A stretch of DNA of 64,000 nt from the NCBI GenBank assembly GCA_963758635.1, contig CAVWWD010000009.1, positions 101,448-165,447 on the forward strand, in the 5' to 3' direction. The position numbers were made by a program, and so were the translations under genes. The stretch's first letter is position 1; every line of letters starts with the position of its first letter. Source of the stretch: an uncultured Candidatus Rokubacteria bacterium (GTDB taxonomy: Bacteria; Methylomirabilota; Methylomirabilia; Rokubacteriales; CSP1-6). Shown in pieces: positions 39,274-49,988 of this stretch. The notes under the pieces were generated by a model. It was not told where the DNA came from. It saw only the letters and a list, made by a program, of their open reading frames with translations, and did not search any database.

Positions 39274-40236
39274 TCAGGGGACCATCACGACCTTGCCGTG
39301 GTGGCCGGATTCCATCACCACCTCGTGGGCGCGCGGGGCCTGGGCGAGCGGGATCTCCTCGGCGATCACCGGGCGCAGCGTGCCGTTGCGCAGCCCCTCG
39401 ACCAGCGCGGCGTGGATGCCCGCGAGCTGGGCGGCGGTGGCGTGGCCGAGGGCCATGCCGCGGATGTCGGCGTCCTTGTTCATGGCGTGGCGCGCGTTCA
39501 CCTCGGTCGGGCCGCGGTTGCCGATCACCACGATGCGCCCGCCCATCGCGATCACCCCCAGGTCCTTCTGGAGGTTCACGTTGGCGAGCATCTCCAGGAT
39601 GACCTCGACGCCCCGGTTCCCGGTGAGGCGCATCACCTCGTCGAGGTAGCCCGCGGCGCTGTGGTCCAGCACGTGGTGCGCGCCCTGCTCGGCCACGAGC
39701 CGGCGGCCGCGCTCGGTGCCCGCGGTGCCGATCACGGTCAGCCCGCGCGCCCGCGCGAGCTGCACGGCCCCGATGCCGACGCCCCCGCTCGCTCCGTGGA
39801 CGAGCACGGTCTCGCCCGCCCGCCCGTGCCCGCGGTTGAACAGCGCGTGGTACGCCGTGGCGTACGGCACGTTGACCGCGGCGCCCTGCGCGAAGGTGGC
39901 GTTGGCCGGCAGCGCATGCACCTGAGCCTCCGAGCAGAGCGACATCTCGGCGTACGCGCCGCTCCCCGAGCCGCCGAAGTACACGCGGTCGCCCGGCTTC
40001 ACGCTCTTAACGTCCGCGCCCACCGCCTCCACGACGCCCGCGGCGTCGCTGCCCGGCGTGTAGGGGAGCTTCGGGCCGCGGTTGTCGGTGTTGGAGCGGA
40101 GGTACGTGTCGACGGGGTTCACGCCCACGGCGTGGTTCCGGACCAGCACCTGCGCGGCCGAGGGGGTGGGCGTGGGCACCTCCTCGAGCTTCAGGACGGA
40201 GGGACCGCCGTACTCGGAGACGCGGATCGCCTTCAT
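39274..40236 (-). CDS. NADPH:quinone reductase (zeta-crystallin-like MDR)
   Basis: GVNPVD, PYTPGSD, VLVHGASGGVG, GKVV. Confidence 0.92.
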   Translation of the reverse strand: MKAIRVSEYGGPSVLKLEEVPTPTPSAAQVLVRNHAVGVNPVDTYLRSNTDNRGPKLPYTPGSDAAGVVEAVGADVKSVKPGDRVYFGGSGSGAYAEMSLCSEAQVHALPANATFAQGAAVNVPYATAYHALFNRGHGRAGETVLVHGASGGVGIGAVQLARARGLTVIGTAGTERGRRLVAEQGAHHVLDHSAAGYLDEVMRLTGNRGVEVILEMLANVNLQKDLGVIAMGGRIVVIGNRGPTEVNARHAMNKDADIRGMALGHATAAQLAGIHAALVEGLRNGTLRPVIAEEIPLAQAPRAHEVVMESGHHGKVVMVP

Positions 40237-40382
40237 GGATGTGCTCTCCTTTCGCGGCGGGTCGGGCTCCGATGCCGCGCGGACGAGGATACCCCAGGAT
40301 GCGCCGCGCGGTCAGCGCGCGGGCGCTAGGGGGCGTCAGAACGACGCGGGCGCCGGGCCTCAGAACGACCGGGTGCAGGTCG

Positions 40383-41244
40383 TCAGAGCGCCTGGGCGCC
40401 GAACGTGTCGCAGGCCTTCGGCTCGCCCCGCTCGATGCCGCGCTTGAACCAGCGGACGCGCTGCTCCGAGCTCCCGTGGGTGAAGGACTCCGGCACGACC
40501 GTGCCCTGCGAACGCTTCTGCAGCCGATCGTCACCGATCGCCGCCGCGGCGTTCAGGCCCTCCTCGACGTCGCCCTTCTCCAGGATCTGGCGCGCGCGCT
40601 GCGCGTTGTGGGCCCAGACACCGGCGAAGCAGTCGGCCTGGAGCTCCATCCGCACCTGGAGCGCGTTCGCCTCGGGGCGGTCGCCGAGGCGCTGGCGCTG
40701 GGTGTGTACCTTCTCCGCGATGCCCAGGAGGTTCTGGACGTGATGTCCCACCTCGTGGGCGATGACGTACGCCTGCGCGAAGTCGCCCGGGGCGCCGAGC
40801 CGGTCGCGCAGGTCGCGGTAGAAGGACAGGTCGATGTAGAGCTTCTGGTCACCCGGGCAGTAGAACGGCCCCATCGCGGACTGACCCATGCCGCACGCCG
40901 AGCGGACGCCGCCGCTGAAGAGCACCAGCGTCGGCTCGCGGTACTGGCGGTTCATGCGCTGGAAGATGGCCTTCCAGGTGTCCTCGGTGTCGCCGAGCAC
41001 CACGGAGACGAAGTCCTTTAGCTGGTCCTCGCCCGCGGTGGGCGCGCGCTGCGGCTGCTGGACGGCCGGGGGCCCGCCCGTCGGGTCTCCGCCCTGGAGG
41101 ATGACGCTCGGGATCGATCCCGAAGAAGAGCGCGATCAGCACGAGCGCGACGGTGCCGATCCCGCCGCCCAGCGCCACGCCCCCCATCGGCATGCCCCGC
41201 CGGTCCTCGATGTTCCCGCTCCGCCGGCCGCCTTGCCATCTCAT
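40383..41244 (-). CDS. ypfJ: Neutral zinc metallopeptidase, YpfJ family (frameshift ~41110)
   Basis: [44 protein letters not shown]. Confidence 0.88.
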
Positions 41245-41298
41245 ACACGACACCTCCCTGGGAGACGCTGCGTGACGTTGCGTTGCCTCTCAGCCTAC

Positions 41299-41314
41299 TG
41301 CAGGGTCCGTGCCA
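41299..41314 (-). promoter_or_regulatory. Possible sigma54 promoter of ypfJ
   Basis: Minus strand TGGCAC-GGACC-CTGCA (GG-N10-GC). Confidence 0.5.
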
Positions 41315-41516
41315 GCCCGAGGCGGCCCGAGCGTCTCGAGAAACAAAGGATGCCCACGTCCCGGCGCGGCCGCGGGCGGTCCCTGAACCGGATGCCCGGC
41401 AGAGCCTCGGGCGTGATGCATCGGACAGTGGGCGGGCCGGACGGCATCCGCACCACGGTATCATCGCCACCGGCCGCGGGGGGCGAGCGCCCGGCGCGGC
41501 CAGAGAGGACACGCCC

Positions 41517-42466
41517 ATGACCCCACCGGATCCACACGCCCCGTCCAGTTCGGGGCGCTCCTGCGCCAGGCCGACAACACGTGGACGAACATCTCCGAGG
41601 CGGCGCGCATCGCCGACGACCTCGGCTTCCGCTCCATCCACTTCATCGACCACCTCCTCGCCATCCCCGACCCCACCGGCGACATCCTCGAGTCCTGGAC
41701 GACGATGACGGCGTGCGCGGCCATCACCCGCCGGGTGCGGGTGGGCGCGAACGTGCTCTGCAACGCCTTCCGCTCCCCCGCCCTCCTCGCCAAGATGACG
41801 GCCACGCTCGACGTGATCAGCGGCGGCCGCGTCGAGCTGGGCATCGGCGCGGGCTGGCACGAGCCGGAGTTCCACGCGTACGGGTTCGACTTCCCGAGCC
41901 CGGGCACGCGCATCGACCAGCTCGACGAGGCGCTGGCCGTCGTCAAGCGCCTGTGGACGGGCGAGCGCGTCGACTTCGCGGGGCGGCACTACCGGATCGA
42001 GGGCGGTCTCTGCCGGCCGCGGCCGGTGCAATCGCCGCATCCGCCGGTCATCGTGGGCGGCGCCGGCGAGAAGCGGATGCTCCGCCTCGTCGCGCGCGAG
42101 GCCGACATCTGGAACTGCTCGGCGGGGAACTACGCCCAGCTCGACCGGAAGATCGCCGTCCTGCGCGAGCACTGCCGCGCGGTGGGCCGCGACGTCGCGA
42201 GCCTCGAGCTCTCGCTCCAGGACCTGGTGGTGGTGGCGCCGACGGAGGCCGCGCTCGCCGCGCCGCTGGCCGACGCGCGCACGCGCCTGTCGTTCTTCGG
42301 CAACGTCGACCAGATCGCGACCATCGGCACGCCCGAGCGCTGCATCGAGACGCTCCGGCGGAAGGTCGCCCAGGGCATCACGTACTTCATCTGCCTGTTC
42401 ACCGACGGGGGCCAGCCGGAGACGGTGCGCCTGTTCGGCGAGCGCGTGCTGCCCGCATTCCGCTGA
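41517..42466 (+). CDS. LLM-class flavin-dependent oxidoreductase (frameshift ~41570)
   Basis: DHLL, LESWTT, ATLDVISGGRVELGIGAGW, PRPVQSPHPP. Confidence 0.88.
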
Positions 42467-43074
42467 GCGCGCGATCCAGCAGGAGGGCGACGCGGCGTCC
42501 CGCCGGCGAGCGCGCGGCGATCGCGGCCAGCGCCCAGGTGGCCACCGCCGGGTCCACGAGGTAGTCCCAGAGGTTCGTCGACTCCATCAGGCCCGCGCCG
42601 AAGGCGGCCACGCCGGCGGCCAGCACGAGGGCGGCGCCGCGCCGCCGGCGCCACCACGCGATGACGAGCGCCGCCGCCACCAGCAGGAGCACGCGCGGCC
42701 GGTACCCGAGCGCGTAGGGATCCCAGAGCGTCAGCCCGAGCGTGAGCGGGTACAGCAGCGACGCCCGCGGCCGCGGCCCACGCATGGAGCGCGCCCCGGT
42801 CGGCGGCGGCGAGCAGAGGCCAGGGCGAGAGCCGGGCGGAGAGCGCGGCGGCGAGGAGGGCCAGCGTGGGGACGCTCAGATCCCCGGTGACGCCGCGGAC
42901 GTAGCCGGCGAGCGGAATGCCGCCGAGCGGCGCCAGCGCCACGGCGGCGACGAGGAGTCCCCAGGGCGCCCCGCGCCGACCCGCCACGGCCCCGCAGAGG
43001 GCGACGGCGACGGCGGCCAGCGCGAGCTCGATGCCGCCGAGCCCCACGATCTGCCGCAGCGTGTCCGCGGTCAC
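42399..43074 (-). CDS. Hypothetical integral membrane protein (frameshift ~42765)
   Basis: Hydrophobic; GDLS, LYPLTLG..WDPYALGY, ESTNLWDYLVDP; GTGA coupling with upstream gene; 3' end uncertain. Confidence 0.65.
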
Positions 43075-44238
43075 CGCGCGCGCTCCCGGATCCACGCCTC
43101 GTTGAACGACACGTGCTTGACGTGGGTGAGCTGATGCCACACGTACAGGACGTGCACCGTGCCGTCGGCGCCCTGGATCGCGTAGGGGTAGCCGAAGTTG
43201 GCCAGGTTGCCCTCGTGATCCAGCACACCGTCCTCGAGGCCGTGGAACACGCTCCATCGCCCGCCGCCGTCGCGCGAGAGCGCCAGCGAGAGCCGCTCGC
43301 GAGAGTTCCGCGAGTTGTTGAAGACGAGGAGGATCGCGCCGTCGCGGAGCCGCACCGCCATCACCGGCGCGTTCGGGTTGGGCAGGCCGGCTTCGGTCAC
43401 CGCGCCCCAGCTCGCCCCGGCGTCCTCCGTGCGCGTCACGTACACCTGGCCCTTGAGGTAGTTGCGCATCAGCGCGACGGCGTGGCGATCGTCGAGCGGG
43501 GCCACCGACGGTTGCAGCGCCACCTGGCCCCGGTGCATGCGGGTCCGGTCGAGCACCTCGCCGGAGGCGGACAGCCGCAGCATCTGCGGGAAGACGCCGA
43601 CCAGCTCGTGATAGGCGGGCACGCCGACCGAGCCGTCGCGGTAGCGGACGGGGGCCGCCCGCACGAGCGTGCCCGCGTTCGCCACCGGGCTCGTGACGAG
43701 ACGGCGCGCCGGCGTCCACGTCCGTCCCTCGTCGCGCGAGGTCTTGAGCGCCACGCTCGACGTTGACCACTCCCACCACGCGGTGACGTAGACGAGGCTG
43801 ACCTCGCCGTCGCCCCGGGTGAAGAGCACCGGGTTGGTGAGCGTGCTGACCACGCGCCCCAGCTCGCGCTCCGTCCGATGGCTGGTCGTCACTGGCCACG
43901 GGGTCCCCCACGCGCCGGCCCGCCGGTCGAACCGGGCGGCGGAGAGGACCACTGCTGCGTCCGCGGACCGGGCCGCCTTCCACACCGCGAGGAGGTCGCC
44001 GCCAGGGAGCTCGGTGACCGTGGGCGTGTGCAGGGAGCGCGGAGACGGGCGCGCCTCGATGAAGCGCTCCACGTACCGGGCCGGCTCCTCCGGCCCGGTC
44101 GACGCCGGCGGGAGCGCCTCGAACCGTCTCGGCTCCTCCGGACGCCAGCGCCGACAGGACCGCGGGCACGAAGGCCAGCGCGGCGAGGAGGGGCAGGAGC
44201 GCCCGCCACAGCGCGGAGGGACGCGGCCGATCCGTCAC
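43071..44238 (-). CDS. BNR/Asp-box sialidase-like (BNR_2) protein, membrane anchored (frameshift ~44130)
   Basis: Asp boxes SRDEGRTW, TEDAGASW, SRDGGGRW; LPNPNA; GYP. Confidence 0.8.
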
Positions 44239-44306
44239 GCGCGGCGTCCGATCGCGGTCATGGCCGGCGGCTCGAGAAGGTATCCGGCGGTGCTAGCATG
44301 CCGGGC

Positions 44307-45009
44307 ATGGCCGTCAGCGGCTCCTTCATCGAGCGGCTCGTTCTGGGCGTGGTGGCCGCGCTCACCGCGATCGGGATGGCGGTGGCGCTCTACGATGGGA
44401 CGCTGTTCCGCGCCTACACGAGCGAGGCCGGCCCGGTGGAGAACCTCACGGTCGTGATGCTGCTGGCCGGCGCGGTCATCTGCTTCCGCCGCGTCGGGCG
44501 GCTGGCCGGCCGGCGGACCTGGCTCTTCGTGGCCGCGACGGCGCTGCTCGGCGTGCTCTACGCTGCTCGCGGCGGGCGAGGAGCTGTCGTGGGGTCAGCA
44601 CGTCCTCGGGTTCAAGGCGCCCGAGTTCTTCAAGTCCCACAACGCCCAGGGCGAGACCAACCTCCACAACGTCGTCGTGAAGGGGGTCAAGCTCAACCGC
44701 CTGGTCTTCGGCACCGGGCTCTTCATCTTCGTGCTCGGCTACTGCGTGGCGCTGCCCGTGGGCTATCGGCGATGGCCGTGGCTCCGGCGGCTGGCCGACG
44801 CCGTGGCCCTGCCGATCCCGCGGACGCGCCACCTCGTCTGGTATGCCGCGCTCGCGCTCGCCGCGAACCTCACGCCGTCGAAGTTCAAGTGGGAGGTGCT
44901 GGAGCTGGTCAGCGCGACGATGTTCTGCCTGTTCACCGCCCTGCCCCTGAACGCCGACGCGTTCCGCGCCGATCCTGATCGGTCCCCTACTTCGCGTGGA
45001 AGAGGTTGA
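44307..45009 (+). CDS. Hypothetical integral membrane protein (frameshift ~44565)
   Basis: EAGPVENLT, GEELSWGQ, NAQGETNLHN motifs; several TM segments. Confidence 0.7.
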
Positions 45010-47263
45010 GGGCCGATCCCAGCCGGAACCACTCGAGCTGAGAGGCGCTGAACGAGTGCGCGAGCTGGAGCGTCTCGCTGGCGCCGTCGGCGTGCGCGAT
45101 CCGGCACTCCACGGGCTTGCCCGGGGCCAGGCCCGCGAGCCCCACCAGGCTGATCCGGTCGTCCTCGCGGATCCGGTCGTAGTCCTTCGGGTCCGGGAAC
45201 GTCAGCGCGAGGAGGCCCTGCTTCTTGAGATTTGACTCGTGGATGCGCGCGAACGCGCGGGCGATCACCGCCGCCCCGCCGAGGAGCCGGGGGCACAGCG
45301 CGGCGTGCTCGCGGCTCGACCCCTCGCCGTAGTTGTGGTCGCCCACGACGATCCACTTCACGCCGCGCGCCTTGTAGTCGCGGGCGATGGCCGCGATGGG
45401 CTGTCCGGTGGCGCCGGTGAGCACGTTCTTGCCCTTGCCGGTCTCGCCGGTGAACGCGTTGGTGGCGCCCATGAACATGTTGTCGCTGAACTTGTCGAGA
45501 TGGCCGCGGTAGCGGAGCCACACGCCGGCGGGAGAGATGTGGTCGGTGGTGGTCTTGCCCTTGGTCTTCATCAGCACCGGCATGTCGAGGAAGTCCCGCC
45601 CGTCCCACTTCGGCCACGGCTCCATCACCTGGAGCCGCTCGCTCGTCGGGCTCACCGCGAGCGTGACGCCCGAGCCGTCGGCGGGCGGCGCCACGTAGAC
45701 GTTCTGGCCGCGGGCGAAGGCCTGGGCCGGCACCTCGGGCGCGGTCTTCGGCGCGGTGAGCGTGAACGTCTTGCCGTCGGCGCCGGTCAGCGAGTCGGTG
45801 AGGGGGTTGAACGACAGCCGGCCGGAGAGCGCCATCGCCGTCACGATCTCGGGGCTCGCGATGAAGTTCATCGTGGTGGGCTGACCGTCGTTCCGCATCG
45901 GGAAGTTGCGGTTGTAGGAGGTGACGATGGTGTTGGGGGCGGCCGTCGCCTCCTTCGAGCGCCGCCACTGGCCGATGCACGGCCCGCAGGCGTTGGCGAG
46001 CACGGTGCCGTTGACGTCGCGGAGCGAGCGCATCTGGCCGTCGCGCTCGATGGTGGCGCGCACCTGCTCCGAGCCCGGGGTGACCATGAACGGCACCGCG
46101 GTCTTGAGCCCGTGGGCCTTGGCCTGCTCGGCCACGTCGGCGGAACGGCTCATGTCCTCGTACGAGGAGTTGGTGCAGCTGCCGATGAGCGCGCTCGAGA
46201 TGGCGTCCGGGAACTTGTTGGCGGGGTCCGCGACCTCGGCGGCGAGCTTGGAGATGGGCCGCGCCCGGTCTGGGGAATGCGGCCCGACGACGTACGGCTC
46301 CAGCGTCGAGAGATCGAGCCGCACGACGCGGTCGTAGTGCTTCTCCGGATCCGCCTCCACCTCCGCGTCGGGCGCGAGCAGGTGCCTGGCCGCCTCGGCG
46401 AGCGGCACCAGCCCGTCCTTGCCCGTCGCGCGCAGGTAGCGGGCCATGCGCTCGTCGTACGGGAACATGGACGTGGTCGCGCCGAGCTCCGCGCCCATGT
46501 TGGTGATGGTCGCCTTCCCGGTGGCGGAGAGCGTGCGCGCGCCGGGCCCGATGTACTCCACGATGGCGTTGGTGCCGCCCGACACCGTGAGCTGCCCCGC
46601 CACGTAGAGGATCACGTCCTTGGGCGCGGTCCAGCCCTTGAGCGCGCCCGTGAGGTACACCGCGATGTGGCGCGGGTAGAGCACCTCCCACGGCAGGCCG
46701 GCCATGACCTCCACCGCGTCCGCGCCGCCCACGCCCACCGCGCACGCGCCGAGGCCGCCCGCGTTCGGGGTGTGGGAGTCCGTGCCGATGATCAGCGCGC
46801 CGGGAAACGCGTAGTTCTCGAGCACGACCTGGTGGATGATGCCCGCGCCCGGGCCCCAGAACCCGGCGCCGTACCTGGCCGCGGCCGAGCGCAGGAAGTC
46901 GTACACCTCGCCGTTCTCGGCGATGGACTCGCGCAGATCCTGCTCGCCCTCGACCCGCGCCTGGATGAGGTGGTCGCAGTGGATCGTGGTGGGCACGGCG
47001 ACGGAGTTGCGGCGCGTCTGCATGAACTGGAGCATGCCGGTCTGGCCGAGCACGTCCTGGAGGACCACCCGATCGGGCCGCAGCATGAGATAGCTCTCGC
47101 CCGGCTTCATGTCCTGCTTCTCGGGGTCGTCGAGGTGGCCGAGCAGGACCTTGTCGGCGAGCGTCAGGGGCCGGCCGAGCCGCCGCCGGACGATCGCCAG
47201 GTTCCGCTCCATCGTCTCGTAGACCTTCCGGGCCATCTCGGGCGTCGACTCGATCGTGATCAT
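44987..47263 (-). CDS. Aconitate hydratase (~760 aa, mitochondrial-type architecture)
   Basis: TIHCDHLIQA, GIIHQVVLENYAFPG, GSCTNSSYED, CGPCIGQW, TTDHIS, GSSREHAA, RIHESNLKKQG. Confidence 0.92.
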   Translation of the reverse strand: MITIESTPEMARKVYETMERNLAIVRRRLGRPLTLADKVLLGHLDDPEKQDMKPGESYLMLRPDRVVLQDVLGQTGMLQFMQTRRNSVAVPTTIHCDHLIQARVEGEQDLRESIAENGEVYDFLRSAAARYGAGFWGPGAGIIHQVVLENYAFPGALIIGTDSHTPNAGGLGACAVGVGGADAVEVMAGLPWEVLYPRHIAVYLTGALKGWTAPKDVILYVAGQLTVSGGTNAIVEYIGPGARTLSATGKATITNMGAELGATTSMFPYDERMARYLRATGKDGLVPLAEAARHLLAPDAEVEADPEKHYDRVVRLDLSTLEPYVVGPHSPDRARPISKLAAEVADPANKFPDAISSALIGSCTNSSYEDMSRSADVAEQAKAHGLKTAVPFMVTPGSEQVRATIERDGQMRSLRDVNGTVLANACGPCIGQWRRSKEATAAPNTIVTSYNRNFPMRNDGQPTTMNFIASPEIVTAMALSGRLSFNPLTDSLTGADGKTFTLTAPKTAPEVPAQAFARGQNVYVAPPADGSGVTLAVSPTSERLQVMEPWPKWDGRDFLDMPVLMKTKGKTTTDHISPAGVWLRYRGHLDKFSDNMFMGATNAFTGETGKGKNVLTGATGQPIAAIARDYKARGVKWIVVGDHNYGEGSSREHAALCPRLLGGAAVIARAFARIHESNLKKQGLLALTFPDPKDYDRIREDDRISLVGLAGLAPGKPVECRIAHADGASETLQLAHSFSASQLEWFRLGSALNLFHAK

Positions 47264-47275
47264 GGTCCTTCCCTC

Positions 47276-47374
47276 GTCATCGTGAGTGAATGTCGAGATG
47301 GCACGACGCGTGTTCGCAGAATCGCGGCGTTAACCGGCTCGCTGAATCCGACATCCGCATTGCTTCACACCCCC
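47276..47374. mobile_element. MITE-like family A, diverged copy 2
   Basis: Collinear with 24411-24509 (GTGT.CGC.GAATCGCGG.GTT ... CGA.ATCCGCATT.CTTCACA.C.C). Confidence 0.65.
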
Positions 47375-47375
47375 G

Positions 47376-48152
47376 TCACGCGGGCGCCGCGGCGCGCAGG
47401 AGCGCCAGCGTCTCGTCCACCGTGTCGTTTGCGGTGATGGCGCGGACCACCACCTCGTCCAGCGCGCCCTGCCACGCGCGGAGCCCCGCCGCGACCGCCT
47501 CCGGCGTCGGGGCGGCGACGCCCGTGTCCACGGGCTTCACCCCCATCCGCGCGAAGTGATCGGCGTAGGCCGGGATCTTCGCGTATCGCCCCGCCTCCTC
47601 GGCCAGCCGCTCCGCCCCTGCCGGCCCCAGGGACGCGCGGACGTAGCCGCACATGCGCGGGGCCGGACGCCCGGCGGCCGCGGCGCCCGCGCGCACCAGA
47701 TCGGCCGAGCGGCGCGCCCACTCCGGGGTGAGCCAGTTGAACAGGACGCCGTCGGCGATCTCGCCGGCCAGCCGGCACATCTGCGGCCCGAGCGCGGCGA
47801 TGATGATCCGCGTCTGGAGCTGGGACCGGAGCGAGGCCACGCCCTCCCGCACGCGCTTGAGCGAGCCCGGGTTCGGGCTGCCGATGCCCAGCAGCAGCCG
47901 GCCCAGCGGAAGGCCGTGCGCCCGGGTCCCCTCGACGATGCTCTCCGGGCCGCGGGTATGCAGCGGGATCACCCCGACGCCGAGCTCGATGCGGCTGGTC
48001 TCCCGGGCCGCGGCGGCGAGCGTGCCCAGACCGTCGGTCGCGCCGGGATGGTTCACCCAGAACGAGGTGTATCCCCGGCCCTCGGCCTCACGCGCGGCGG
48101 CCCGGATGACGTCCGGCGCGACGCCGGCAAACAGCGCGAAACCCTGTCCCAT
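47376..48152 (-). CDS. LLM-class oxidoreductase (short form)
   Basis: RIELGVGVIP, AALGPQMCRLAGEIADGVLFNW. Confidence 0.85.
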   Translation of the reverse strand: MGQGFALFAGVAPDVIRAAAREAEGRGYTSFWVNHPGATDGLGTLAAAARETSRIELGVGVIPLHTRGPESIVEGTRAHGLPLGRLLLGIGSPNPGSLKRVREGVASLRSQLQTRIIIAALGPQMCRLAGEIADGVLFNWLTPEWARRSADLVRAGAAAAGRPAPRMCGYVRASLGPAGAERLAEEAGRYAKIPAYADHFARMGVKPVDTGVAAPTPEAVAAGLRAWQGALDEVVVRAITANDTVDETLALLRAAAPA

Positions 48153-48182
48153 CTTCGCCTCCTGGAAGAGTCCTGACCCGGT

Positions 48183-48299
48183 CCATTCATGAACGGGCCC
48201 ACCGGACCGACGCGCTCTGCAGGGTCCGTCTACCGTTCGCGAATGGCGCGGGCTAACGGTAGGGATGACCCTACCATAGCCCGCAGCATTCGCGAACGG
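48183..48299. repeat. Three 14-bp palindromes, the last two closing a 67-bp hairpin
   Basis: CCATTCATGAACGG (48183), CCGTTCGCGAATGG (48233), GCATTCGCGAACGG (48286); stem GCGGGCTA..GGTAGGG-ATGA-CCCTACC.TAGCCCGC. Confidence 0.7.
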
Positions 48300-48418
48300 C
48301 CGGGCCCGCGGGCCCCGCCGCGGCGGCTCGCGAAGGTCGAGGGACGCGGCGCTTGCGCTCGACGGGGCAACAGGCTACACCGGAGCGGTCGATACCTTCA
48401 CGCTCAAGGAGGCCCGGG

Positions 48419-49213
48419 ATGGCCGATACGCCGAAGCTCCTGCTGGAAAAGGACGGTCCGATCGCCTGGATCACCTTCAACCAGCCCGAGAAGCGCAACG
48501 CGGTGAGCCAGGAGATGTGGGAGCTGATGGCCGACTACGGCAAGGACGTCGCGTCCGACGACGCCGTCCGCGTGGTCATCCTGCGCGGGGCGGGCGACCG
48601 CGCCTTCGTCGCGGGCGCGGACATCTCCCAGTTCAAGGACCGCCGCCGCAACATGGACGACGAGCGCGAGTACCGCCGCATCTCCCAGCGGGGGCACGAA
48701 GCGATCGCCCACCTGGAGAAGCCGCTGCTCGCCATGATCCACGGCTACTGCGTGGGCGGAGGCGTGGGCATCGCGATCACCTGCGACATCCGCATCGCGG
48801 CCGACGACGCCCGCTTCGGCGTCCCCGCGGCCCGCCTCGGGCTCGGCTACGAGTGGCACGGGATGGACAAGCTGATGAAGCTCGTCGGCCCGTCCTACAC
48901 CAAGGAGATCTTCTTCACCGCCCGCACCGACTTCAGCGCGGAGGACGCGCTCCGCATGGGGCTGGTGAACCGGGTGGTGCCGAAGGCGCAGCTCGAGTCG
49001 TTCACCCGCGAGTACGCGCTGACGATGGCCGGCAACGCCCCCCTCACCCTGCGCTCGGCGAAGGAGACGGTGGCCCAGCTGTCGCGACCGTCCGCGGAGC
49101 GTGACCTGCCGCTCCTCGACCGGCTGATGGCGGACTGCTTCAACAGCCAGGACTACCAGGAAGGCGTGAAGGCCTTCTCGGAAAAGCGGAAGCCCCAGTT
49201 CAAGGGGCGCTGA
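48419..49213 (+). CDS. Enoyl-CoA hydratase/isomerase family protein
   Basis: ITFNQPEKRNA, AFVAGADISQF, GYCVGGG, DYQEGVKAFSEKRKP. Confidence 0.92.
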   Translation: MADTPKLLLEKDGPIAWITFNQPEKRNAVSQEMWELMADYGKDVASDDAVRVVILRGAGDRAFVAGADISQFKDRRRNMDDEREYRRISQRGHEAIAHLEKPLLAMIHGYCVGGGVGIAITCDIRIAADDARFGVPAARLGLGYEWHGMDKLMKLVGPSYTKEIFFTARTDFSAEDALRMGLVNRVVPKAQLESFTREYALTMAGNAPLTLRSAKETVAQLSRPSAERDLPLLDRLMADCFNSQDYQEGVKAFSEKRKPQFKGR

Positions 49214-49231
49214 TCTGGCATACTGCCCCTC

Positions 49232-49988
49232 GTGTCTGCGCCGCGACGGCCGCTCCGCGTCCTCCACACCGCTCGACGTCCACCTGGGCAGCGACGGGTA
49301 CGGCAACGTCGAGGCCCAGGCCGCGCACGCGGAGCGGTCGCGCCGCGTGTTTCGCGGCGTCATCGATCGCGCGCTGGCCGACGCCGTCGACCTCGTCCTG
49401 ATCGCCGGCGACCTCTTCGACCACAACCGCGTGCCCGAGGAGACGGTCGCCTTCGCCCAGGCCGAGCTCCACCGACTCCGCCAGCCCGTGGTCATCCTGC
49501 CCGGCAACCACGACACCCTGTACACGGGCGCGCTCCACGACCGCCACGACCTCGCCGCCGGCGCCCGTCACGTGCACGTGATCCGCCGGCTCGAGGGCGA
49601 GACCATCGACTTCCCGGACCTCGACCTGCTCGTGTGGGGCCGCGCGATGGACGAGCACGTCCCCGAGTTCCGGCCGCTCGCGAACATCCCCGCCCGCGAC
49701 GCGCGACGCTGGTGCATCGCCATGGCCCACGGCTTCTTCTTCGCCGAGCGCCAGCGGCCCGACCGGTCCTCGCCGATCTTCGCCGACGAGATCCGCGGCA
49801 CCGGCTGGGACTACCTGGCGCTGGGCCATCAGCACGTGCAGATGGACGTGAGCCAGGGCGCGGTGACCGCCTACTACCCCGGGGCGCCCGGCCCCGAGTA
49901 CGGCGGAGCGGGCGCCGACGGCTCAGTGCTGCGGATCGACCTGTCCGTGGAAGACGGCGTCCGCGTCCAGCCCCGACCGATCTTTTAG
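49232..49988 (+). CDS. Metallophosphoesterase, SbcD/Mre11-like (frameshift ~49272)
   Basis: LRVLHT..DVHLG, AGDLFD, PGNHD, AHG, YLALGHQH, YPG. Confidence 0.85.
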
